A DNA stretch of 55,504 bases from Chitinophagaceae bacterium. Its GTDB lineage: Bacteria; Bacteroidota; Bacteroidia; Chitinophagales; Chitinophagaceae. The notes beneath the pieces are model-generated. The model did not search any database, had not been told where the DNA came from, and saw nothing but the letters and a program-made list of their open reading frames with translations. Both the position numbers and the translations under genes were made by a program. The stretch lies in the NCBI GenBank assembly GCA_025363075.1, contig JANYEP010000188.1, positions 1 through 55,504 on the forward strand. The letters run 5' to 3'. Below are positions 47,647-55,504 of this stretch, piece by piece. Position 1 is the stretch's first letter, and the number at the start of each line of letters is the position of its first letter.

Positions 47647-50600
47647 TTGAAAAATATAATTGTTAAAGCTTTAGGCTATGTGGTTGTTGGTACATTGTTT
47701 TTGTGCCAATCAGGATTTTTATTTGCCCAAAAAACCAGCAGCGACTCTCTTCATTATCCTTTAAACGACAGAAGAGGCGATAAGTTTACTTGGAAGAATA
47801 AAAACTCTTTCAATATTGGTGATACCTCTATTTTGCATCAAACTATTGAGTATGATGTTAAAACAAAACGATATTATATTGTTGAAAAAGTTGGCAAACA
47901 GATTTACCGTAAGCCTACTTATTTAACTTTTAAAGAATTTTACGAACTACAAAAAAAAGCACAAGAAGCAGATTATTTTAAACTTCGTGCAGATGCTTTA
48001 TGGGCTTTAAACAAAAGACTTCCAAGACCAAACCCTATTGTATATCCCAAGTTTTTTGATAGAACGTTTGGTTTGGGAAATGTTGCTCCAAACGCTGCAA
48101 ATACGTTAAACAATGTAAAAGCTGGTGCTGATTCTGCAAAAAATAAACTTGGTACTGCTGCAAAAAACGCCTTGTTAAAACCTTTGATAGACATTAAACC
48201 AACTGGTAATGTTGACATTTTAATGGGCTACCAAGGGCAATATACCAATAACCCTACTTTACCAGAAAGAGCCAGAAGAACTGGTGGTTTTGACTTTGAT
48301 ATGAATGCCAATGTGGGCATTAATGCTAATATTGGAGATAAATTAAAGTTGCCGATTAACTACAACACCCTTGCAAATTTTGATTACCTCAATCAAATAA
48401 AATTAGACTACAAGGGCAATGATGATGAAATATTAAAGAGTATTCAAGCTGGTAATATTGGCTTTGAAACGAAAGGAACTCTAATAAAAAGTGCTACCAA
48501 TTTATTTGGTATTAAAACTCAATTGCAGTTTGGAAAATTATTTGTTACTGCTGCATTGGCTACTCAAAAAAGTCAGGCAACAAGTCAAACATTGCAAGGT
48601 GGTGCAGCTGTTACACAGTTTCAAAAAAAACTGAGTGATTATGATGAAAATAGACACTTTTTGGTAGCTCAGCACTTTAGAAAAAACTATAATGATGCAA
48701 TGAGCAAGTTGCCTACAATTGTGAGCCAGATTCAAATTCAAAGAATTGAAGTTTGGGTTACAAATAGAAATGGAGCAACAATAGATGCAAGAGATATTAT
48801 TGCATTTTCTGATTTGGCAGAGGGACAAACTGGATATGTAGGTAATCACAATGCACCAATTACACCACAAAATGGGCAGTCTGCACCAGACAATAAAAAT
48901 AACCAACTTTATAACACGCTTGCTACTAATCCAAACAATAGAATTCCATCACAAGTTACAACAAATATGACTGCATTGAATTTGCAGCCTGTAACAGATT
49001 ATGAAAAAACATTTGCAAGAAAATTAACAGCAAGCGAATATACTTTTAATGGTCAATTGGGTACACTATCTTTAAACTCACAACTATTACCCGATGAGGT
49101 TTTAGCTGTTGCTTACGAATATTCTTTAAATGGTAGGGTTTATAAAGTGGGTGAGTTTAGCTCTGAAATAGCTTTAGATACTTCTGCTCAAAGGGCTGGT
49201 GTGCAAAAAATGCTTTTCCTAAAATTGTTAAAAGCAACATCTGCAAGGGTGCAATTGCCAATGTGGAGATTGATGATGAAAAACGTTTATTCACTGGATA
49301 TGGTTGGTATTAGCAGAGAAGACTTTAGATTAAACATTCTTTACAATCAGCCAAGTGGTGGGTTGAATAGATACTTACCAGAAAGTTCGCCTTCAACACA
49401 AGGACGACCAATTATTTCTATTATTGGTTTAGATAGATTGAATAGCAGAAATGACCCTCAACCAGATGGGCAGTTTGACTTTGTGGAAGGCTTTACTATT
49501 TTATCGCAATATGGCAGAATCATTTTACCAAAACTTGAACCCTTTGGAGCCGATTTAGATACCTTGGCTTTTGCAGGTATGGCAGATTCTACTCGAAAAA
49601 AATATATTTACAGACAATTGTATGATACCATAAAAGCCATTGCACAAACCTATGCCAACTTTGACAGATTTGTAATGCAAGGACAAGCAAAGGGAACAGG
49701 TGGCAGCGAAATTTATTTAGGTGCGTTCAATATTCCTCAAGGTTCTGTACGCATTACAGCAGGTGGGCAAATATTGGTTGAAGGTTCAGACTATACCATT
49801 GATTACAATTTAGGTTCTGTAAAAATTCTTAATCAGGCAATATTAAACTCTGGTGTTCCGGTAAAAGTTTCTTATGAAAACAATGCCAATTTTGGTATTC
49901 AGCAAAAAGGATTTTTAGGATTGAGATTGGATTATAAAGCCAATAAAAAATTATCTTTTGGTGCTACAATGGAACGATTGAATGAGCGTCCATTTTTTAC
50001 CAAAGTTGGTATTGGTGAAGACCCTGTGCGAAACACAATTTATGGTGTTGATTTTAGCTACAAGTCTGACTTACCAATGCTTACAAAATGGTTGAATAAA
50101 TTGCCCAACTACACCAGCAAAGCAATGAGTAGCATTACTGCTTATGGTGAAGCTGCATACTTTAAACCAGGGCATCCACCACAAATAGGAAGTGGTGGCA
50201 ATGGGTTGGTATATATTGATGATTTTGAAGGCACAAAAAGCACATTGGACTTACGTTTTCCTCTTATTTCCTGGGCTTTGGCATCAACGCCACAAGGAAA
50301 ACCAAATCAATTTCCCGAAGCAAATTATACCGATAGTTTACCTTACAACTTCAATCGTTCAAGAATTGCCTGGTACAATATTGAGCCAACTTTGCAAGAC
50401 AAAAATTCAAGTTCAAATCCTTTTCATAATAACTTGAAAGAATTGAGTGATCCACACGTTAGACAGGTTTATACCAACGAATTATTCCCTCAACAAACCA
50501 CTAATATTACCAACACAGTAACATCAACCTTCGATTTAAGTTTTTACCCTCAAGAGCCAGGCCCTTATAATTTCATTACAGACCAAAATCAAATAAACTC

Positions 50601-53600
50601 AAATGGTAGATTCACCAACCCAAATGTTAAAGCATCTAAATGGGGAGGTTTAATGAGAGCCATTGACCAAACAGATTTTGAAAGCCAAAATTTTGAGTTT
50701 TTAGAGTTTTGGGTACAAGATCCATTTATTAACGACTCAGTAAGAACAGGTGGTAAATTGGTTTTCAACCTTGGAAATGTGAGTGAAGATATTTTAAAAG
50801 ACGGCAAGCGTTTTTATGAAAATGGAATGAATACACCAAACTCTCCATCAGCTGTTGACACTACTACCATCTGGGGCAAAACACCAGTTAATCCTATTCA
50901 GGTAACCAATGCTTTTAGCAACGACCCTAACGATAGAACCTATCAGGATGTGGGTTTTGATGGATTAACAGATGATGCAGAAAAAATAAAAAGAGCAGAT
51001 TATTTAAACACAATTAAAACGCTTTATGGAGTAAGTTCGCCTTTTTTCATAAAAGCAAATAATGACCCAAGTAATGACGATTATATTTGGTATAGAGATG
51101 CCTCATTTGATGCTAAACAAACTGGCATAAGGGAGCGTTATAGAAACTACAATAATCCACAAGGCAACTCACCAGTTGCAAGCTCAAGTAGCCAGTTCAC
51201 ATCTGCAACTACTTTATATCCAGACAATGAAGATTTAAACAGGGATAATACATTAAACGAAACTGAACAATATTTTGAGTATGATGTTGATATGGCCCCA
51301 CATATGGATGTAAACAACACAAAATACGTTACCGATAAAAGGGTGGTGAATGTAAAATATGCTGATGGACATACTGGTCAGGAAAATTGGCTTCTATTTA
51401 GAATTCCGATTAGAATTCCAGACAGCACGATTGGTAACATTCCAGACTTCAAATCTATACGTTTTATGAGAATGTATATGAAAGGCTGGCAAGATTCTAT
51501 TACACTTCGTTTTGCTCGTTTAGAAATGGTACGTAACCAATGGAGGGAATTTTCTTATGATGTAGATACTGCTGGAAATTATAAGCCTGTAAGTAGCAAT
51601 AGCACGCTTACTACACTTGCTGTTAACTTAGAAGAAAATAGTTCAAGAACACCAGTAAACTACGTTGTTCCTCCAGGCATTAAGCGTGTTCAACAATTGA
51701 GTAACAATGGCGTTAATCTTTTGCAAAATGAACAAGCATTATCTATTAGAGTTAAAGGCTTAGAACCACATAAAACTCGTGCTGTATTCAAGTCTTTAAA
51801 CAATATGGACTTAAGACAATATGGTTCATTAGATATGTTTGCCCACGTTGATTTTTTTGATAAAACATTTGAGGTAAAAGACGGCGATTTGAATTTAGTA
51901 ATAAGAATTGGGCAAGATTATTTAAGCAATTATTATGAAATAAAATACCCTTTAAGAGTAACCCAAGCAGGTAATTATAGCGATGCAACAGCAGACAAAG
52001 TGTGGCCAGATTCTAATAATTTGAACCTTACTATTCAAGATTTAATTTCAATGAAATTGAGGCGTAACCAAATTCCTGGGCAAGTTTTAAAGATGTATAG
52101 AGAACAAGTAGGGTATAAAACAATTAGTGTTTTTGGAAACCCTAATCTTGGTGAAGTAGCAGGAATAATGGTTGGGGTAGAACACTCAGGAAAAGAGCCT
52201 TATGATATTGGTGCAGAAGTTTGGATAAATGAACTAAGACTTAGCAACATTAATGAGCAAGGTGCTTATGCAGCTTTAGGTAGAGTGGATGTTACTTTAG
52301 CCGACCTTGGAAAAATTAGTGTATCAGCCAATATGCACACACAAGGTTTTGGTGGTATTGAGTCAAAAATTCAAGAACGCTCAAGAGACAATTTAAAACA
52401 ATTTGATGCAGCAATTAACATTGATTTAGGTAAATTGTTGCCAAAGAAAACAAAATTACATATCCCTGTTTATGCAAGCATTTCAAAAACCACACTTACA
52501 CCACAATACGACCCTTACGATAAAGACGTATTGTATTCACAAAAAATAAATTCAGCAAAATCGCAAGCTGCAAAAGATTCTATTAGGCTAATTTCTGAAG
52601 ATCAAACTACCATTAAAACCATCAATATTACTAATATGAAGGTTGATGCTCCTAAAAAAGTGAAGCTATGGAGTCCTAGTAATTTTGATGTTAGTTTATC
52701 TTACACACAAAACCTAAACACTAGCCCTACAGTTGCAGAAAACAAGGTAAATAAATATCGTGGGGCAATAGGTTATAGTTATAATAAAACAGCAAAATAC
52801 ATTGAACCATTTAAAAAAATAATCAAATCAAAAAGTAAGTGGTTGGGTTTAATAAAAGATTTTAATTTCAATCCAACGCCTTCATCTATTGGTGTTAGAA
52901 CAGATATTAATCGTCAATTTGGGCGTTTTATTCCTCGTATTGTAAATACAGATTTAACAAGCAAGCAAATTGATAGGGTTGATACTACCTACGACAAATA
53001 TTTTACATTCGATAGATTTTATAATGTTCGTTGGGATGTAACTCGCTCTATTAATTTAGACTTTAACGCAGTCAATAATGCTCGTGTAGATGAACCTAAT
53101 GGTGTGTTAGACACCAAAGCAAAACGTGATACTGTAAAAGACAATTTCTTCAAAGGTGGAAGAACTATTTTATACAATCAAGTTGCAAGTGCTAGTTATA
53201 CGCTACCACTTGCTAAATTCCCACTTACAGATTGGGTAACTGCAAGATATTCGTGGAAAGCAAATTACAATTGGATTGGTGCAAGCCTTGTTGCACCTAC
53301 GCTTGGTAATATTTTAGAAAATGGGCAAGACAATACAATGACTGGACAATTTGATTTGTCTAAGTTATATAATAAAAGTCGTTTCTTACGCAACTTAAAC
53401 AATCCATTGCCAAAGGGAATGAGTCCAACACCTATTAATGATTTGCTGAAAGATTTACCTAAAAAAGAAGATGTTATTAAGGGATTAACAGGCACAAAAA
53501 AAGATATAGCATTGGCAAAATGGAAGAAGCAACGAAAAGATGCAAAAGCATCTATGCGTATTCAAAAACAAAATCAGCAAATGGTAATTGGTGATGTGCC

Positions 53601-55023
53601 AAGAGCCTTGGGTAAATTGCTTACGATGCTCAAAACTGTGCAGGTAAATTATAGCGAAAACTATTCGAGCCGTGTGCCTGGATATTTAGATAGCACACAA
53701 CATTTTGGGCAAAATTTTAGAAGTATGCAACCTGGGCTTGACTATGTTTTTGGTAAACAACCAACTGCAAAATGGCTCGAAAGTAAAGCTGCTGCTGGAT
53801 TGTTTAGTGTTGATAGCAATTTCAATTTATTGTTTCGCCAAACGTATACACAAAAGTTCAGCATTACTGCACAGATAGAGCCTATTAAAGAGTTTATTGT
53901 TGATATTACCTTAGAAAAATCTTTCAATAAAGATTACACCGAATTATTTAAAGATACGACCTTCAACAATCAGTCAAATGCAAAGCAACATTTGAATCCT
54001 TATGCAGCAGGAGGTTTTAGTGTTTCGTACAATGCAATGAACACCTTGTTTACAAAAAGCGACCCAAATATTGTTTCAGAAACATTTAAACAGTTTGAGG
54101 CAAATCGTTCTGTTATTTCTCAAAGAGTTGCAGCAGCTAATCCTTATTGGAACGGTATCAGCCATAATGGTTTTGCCGATGGCTATGATAAACAAAGCCA
54201 AGATGTTTTAATACCAGCTTTCATTGCTGCATACACAAAACAAGACCCTCATAATGTGGCTCTCATTAAACAAAACAATGCCAACGTAAAAACAAATCCA
54301 TTTAGTGGTATTTTACCAAAACCTAACTGGAGACTGACTTACACAGGATTGAGCAAACTTCCTGCTTTGGCAAAAATATTTTCATCCATTCATATCAGCC
54401 ATCAATACAGTGGTACTTTGAGTATGAATAGTTACAGTAGTGCATTGGAATTTGCCGATCCATATCACTATGGTGCTCCAAAGTTTAGAACGAATGATAC
54501 TGGTAACTATGTTCCATTTTTCCTTGTTCCAAACTTAACCATCAGAGAGCAATTTCAACCATTATTTGGCATTGATATTACCACCACAAAACAATTGAAC
54601 TTAAAATTTGAGTACAAGAAAAGTAGAATATTAAGTTTGAGTTTAGTAGATTATCAATTGAGCGAAACAAGAGCAACAGAATGGACTTTTGGCGGAAGCT
54701 ACAGAAAAAAAGGAGCTAAACTTCCTAAGTTTTTAATGAAATTGCTAACCAAACAACCAACTTTGGCAAATGACTTAAGCTTTAAACTTGATCTTAGTTT
54801 TAGAGATGAGCAAACAAGCAACAGTAGGCTCGACCAACCAAATGCTTATGGTACAGGTGGGCAAAAAATAATTACCATTCAACCAGCAATTGATTATGTA
54901 GTGAACAATAGAATTAATGTAAAACTATTCTTCGATCAACGCAGAGTGGTACCTTATATTTCAACTTCTGCTCCTACAACCAGTACAAGAGCAGGATTTC
55001 AAATAAGAATATCTCTACAATAA
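47647..55023 (+). CDS. sprA: T9SS translocon protein SprA
   Basis: 2458-aa outer-membrane protein with signal peptide. Size and sequence character match Bacteroidota SprA/Sov. TTG start with no nearby in-frame ATG. Confidence 0.85.
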   Translation: MKNIIVKALGYVVVGTLFLCQSGFLFAQKTSSDSLHYPLNDRRGDKFTWKNKNSFNIGDTSILHQTIEYDVKTKRYYIVEKVGKQIYRKPTYLTFKEFYELQKKAQEADYFKLRADALWALNKRLPRPNPIVYPKFFDRTFGLGNVAPNAANTLNNVKAGADSAKNKLGTAAKNALLKPLIDIKPTGNVDILMGYQGQYTNNPTLPERARRTGGFDFDMNANVGINANIGDKLKLPINYNTLANFDYLNQIKLDYKGNDDEILKSIQAGNIGFETKGTLIKSATNLFGIKTQLQFGKLFVTAALATQKSQATSQTLQGGAAVTQFQKKLSDYDENRHFLVAQHFRKNYNDAMSKLPTIVSQIQIQRIEVWVTNRNGATIDARDIIAFSDLAEGQTGYVGNHNAPITPQNGQSAPDNKNNQLYNTLATNPNNRIPSQVTTNMTALNLQPVTDYEKTFARKLTASEYTFNGQLGTLSLNSQLLPDEVLAVAYEYSLNGRVYKVGEFSSEIALDTSAQRAGVQKMLFLKLLKATSARVQLPMWRLMMKNVYSLDMVGISREDFRLNILYNQPSGGLNRYLPESSPSTQGRPIISIIGLDRLNSRNDPQPDGQFDFVEGFTILSQYGRIILPKLEPFGADLDTLAFAGMADSTRKKYIYRQLYDTIKAIAQTYANFDRFVMQGQAKGTGGSEIYLGAFNIPQGSVRITAGGQILVEGSDYTIDYNLGSVKILNQAILNSGVPVKVSYENNANFGIQQKGFLGLRLDYKANKKLSFGATMERLNERPFFTKVGIGEDPVRNTIYGVDFSYKSDLPMLTKWLNKLPNYTSKAMSSITAYGEAAYFKPGHPPQIGSGGNGLVYIDDFEGTKSTLDLRFPLISWALASTPQGKPNQFPEANYTDSLPYNFNRSRIAWYNIEPTLQDKNSSSNPFHNNLKELSDPHVRQVYTNELFPQQTTNITNTVTSTFDLSFYPQEPGPYNFITDQNQINSNGRFTNPNVKASKWGGLMRAIDQTDFESQNFEFLEFWVQDPFINDSVRTGGKLVFNLGNVSEDILKDGKRFYENGMNTPNSPSAVDTTTIWGKTPVNPIQVTNAFSNDPNDRTYQDVGFDGLTDDAEKIKRADYLNTIKTLYGVSSPFFIKANNDPSNDDYIWYRDASFDAKQTGIRERYRNYNNPQGNSPVASSSSQFTSATTLYPDNEDLNRDNTLNETEQYFEYDVDMAPHMDVNNTKYVTDKRVVNVKYADGHTGQENWLLFRIPIRIPDSTIGNIPDFKSIRFMRMYMKGWQDSITLRFARLEMVRNQWREFSYDVDTAGNYKPVSSNSTLTTLAVNLEENSSRTPVNYVVPPGIKRVQQLSNNGVNLLQNEQALSIRVKGLEPHKTRAVFKSLNNMDLRQYGSLDMFAHVDFFDKTFEVKDGDLNLVIRIGQDYLSNYYEIKYPLRVTQAGNYSDATADKVWPDSNNLNLTIQDLISMKLRRNQIPGQVLKMYREQVGYKTISVFGNPNLGEVAGIMVGVEHSGKEPYDIGAEVWINELRLSNINEQGAYAALGRVDVTLADLGKISVSANMHTQGFGGIESKIQERSRDNLKQFDAAINIDLGKLLPKKTKLHIPVYASISKTTLTPQYDPYDKDVLYSQKINSAKSQAAKDSIRLISEDQTTIKTINITNMKVDAPKKVKLWSPSNFDVSLSYTQNLNTSPTVAENKVNKYRGAIGYSYNKTAKYIEPFKKIIKSKSKWLGLIKDFNFNPTPSSIGVRTDINRQFGRFIPRIVNTDLTSKQIDRVDTTYDKYFTFDRFYNVRWDVTRSINLDFNAVNNARVDEPNGVLDTKAKRDTVKDNFFKGGRTILYNQVASASYTLPLAKFPLTDWVTARYSWKANYNWIGASLVAPTLGNILENGQDNTMTGQFDLSKLYNKSRFLRNLNNPLPKGMSPTPINDLLKDLPKKEDVIKGLTGTKKDIALAKWKKQRKDAKASMRIQKQNQQMVIGDVPRALGKLLTMLKTVQVNYSENYSSRVPGYLDSTQHFGQNFRSMQPGLDYVFGKQPTAKWLESKAAAGLFSVDSNFNLLFRQTYTQKFSITAQIEPIKEFIVDITLEKSFNKDYTELFKDTTFNNQSNAKQHLNPYAAGGFSVSYNAMNTLFTKSDPNIVSETFKQFEANRSVISQRVAAANPYWNGISHNGFADGYDKQSQDVLIPAFIAAYTKQDPHNVALIKQNNANVKTNPFSGILPKPNWRLTYTGLSKLPALAKIFSSIHISHQYSGTLSMNSYSSALEFADPYHYGAPKFRTNDTGNYVPFFLVPNLTIREQFQPLFGIDITTTKQLNLKFEYKKSRILSLSLVDYQLSETRATEWTFGGSYRKKGAKLPKFLMKLLTKQPTLANDLSFKLDLSFRDEQTSNSRLDQPNAYGTGGQKIITIQPAIDYVVNNRINVKLFFDQRRVVPYISTSAPTTSTRAGFQIRISLQ

Positions 55024-55043
55024 CATTTTTGTACCGTTTATAC

Positions 55044-55087
55044 AAAACAGCCTCGAAAGCATTTAAGTTTTCGAGGCTGTTTTTTTT
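55044..55087 (+). terminator. Rho-independent terminator of sprA
   Basis: acagcctcgaaa / tttcgaggctgt, a 12-bp stem followed by T7. Confidence 0.8.
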
Positions 55088-55292
55088 GGTGTTAATCTAT
55101 ATTATGATTTATTAGGTTGTACAAATTAAACCTCTGCGATAACTAAACTACAAGTCATTTCGACGATAGTAGAAATCTAACAACATTTTTTTATGATATT
55201 TTTCAGGTAAAACCTATCGAAATAACGAAACTTATTTCAATTATCGAAGTTGTCTATTGTGGTTTATACCTATAAGGTACAGTGTAAAAAAA

Positions 55293-55324
55293 AAGAGGTA
55301 ATAACTTTAAAATTATTACCTCTT
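55293..55324 (-). terminator. Terminator downstream of rpoB (bidirectional-looking)
   Basis: aagaggtaataa / ttattacctctt, a 12-bp stem with an 8-nt loop. A9 lies on one side and T5 on the other, so a U-run follows the stem on the minus-strand RNA. Confidence 0.75.
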
Positions 55325-55347
55325 TTTAGATCTATTTTATTTTTATC

Positions 55348-55504
55348 TTACTCAAACTTTAAATCTAAGCCTAAACCTCTTAACTCGTGAACCAACACAT
55401 TAAATGATTCTGGTACACCTGGTTTTGGAATATTATCGCCTTTTACAATTGCTTCATAAGTTTTTGCACGACCAATAATATCATCAGATTTAAGTGTCAA
55501 TAAT
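55348..55504 (-). CDS. rpoB: DNA-directed RNA polymerase beta subunit, C-terminal 52 codons (5' part outside the window)
   Basis: Hand translation gives ...[48 protein letters not shown]. This closely matches the conserved RpoB C-terminus (compare B. subtilis [36 protein letters not shown]). Confidence 0.75.
   Translation of the reverse strand, partial: LLTLKSDDIIGRAKTYEAIVKGDNIPKPGVPESFNVLVHELRGLGLDLKFE

Noticed and set aside
1-55504. Search for CRISPR arrays, IS elements or long dispersed repeats
   Set aside because: No regularly spaced direct repeats and no transposase-like ORFs were seen. The only tandem repeats found are the short 14-bp pairs upstream of alaS.

Overview
This looks like a low-GC Bacteroidota chromosomal segment. 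The call rests on the T9SS translocon gene sprA, a large cargo protein with a CHU_C/type-B C-terminal domain, TonB-dependent receptors and frequent TTG/GTG starts. The window is densely coding, and I found no CRISPR array, transposase, integrase or prophage. Housekeeping genes: tig, tRNA-Leu(UAG), phoH, an M16 peptidase pair, rsgA, coaX, aroK, alaS, ruvA, sprA and the 3' end of rpoB. Envelope and secretion genes: TolC-like OMP, SurA-like PPIase, TlpA-like thioredoxin protein, a GT4 glycosyltransferase and a 1561-aa adhesin. A cobalamin riboswitch sits upstream of a btuB-like receptor, and two track ORFs there are spurious. The accessory-looking stretch is roughly 14.5-24.8 kb and appears AT-richer in hand-counted sample lines. 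It holds the candidates I rate highest:
(a) An AraC-headed, translationally packed seven-gene operon: YHS, DoxX, DinB, OMP, NRDE/TANGO2-like, membrane-anchored ATP-grasp, LysE-like exporter.
(b) An orphan KAP-family P-loop NTPase placed just after the cphA terminator.
(c) A permuted swivel-His plus PPDK_N phosphotransferase-like protein with a hydrophobic N-terminus.
Other points of interest:
- A SET-domain methyltransferase abutting a Ddl-like ATP-grasp gene at the left edge.
- cphA co-transcribed with a SIMPL lipoprotein and lacking a cyanophycinase neighbour.
- Two 14-bp tandem duplications in the alaS leader.
- Apparent insertions in AlaRS.
- rpoB followed by a terminator with no rpoC downstream.
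All family calls come from motif recognition by eye; no database search was run.
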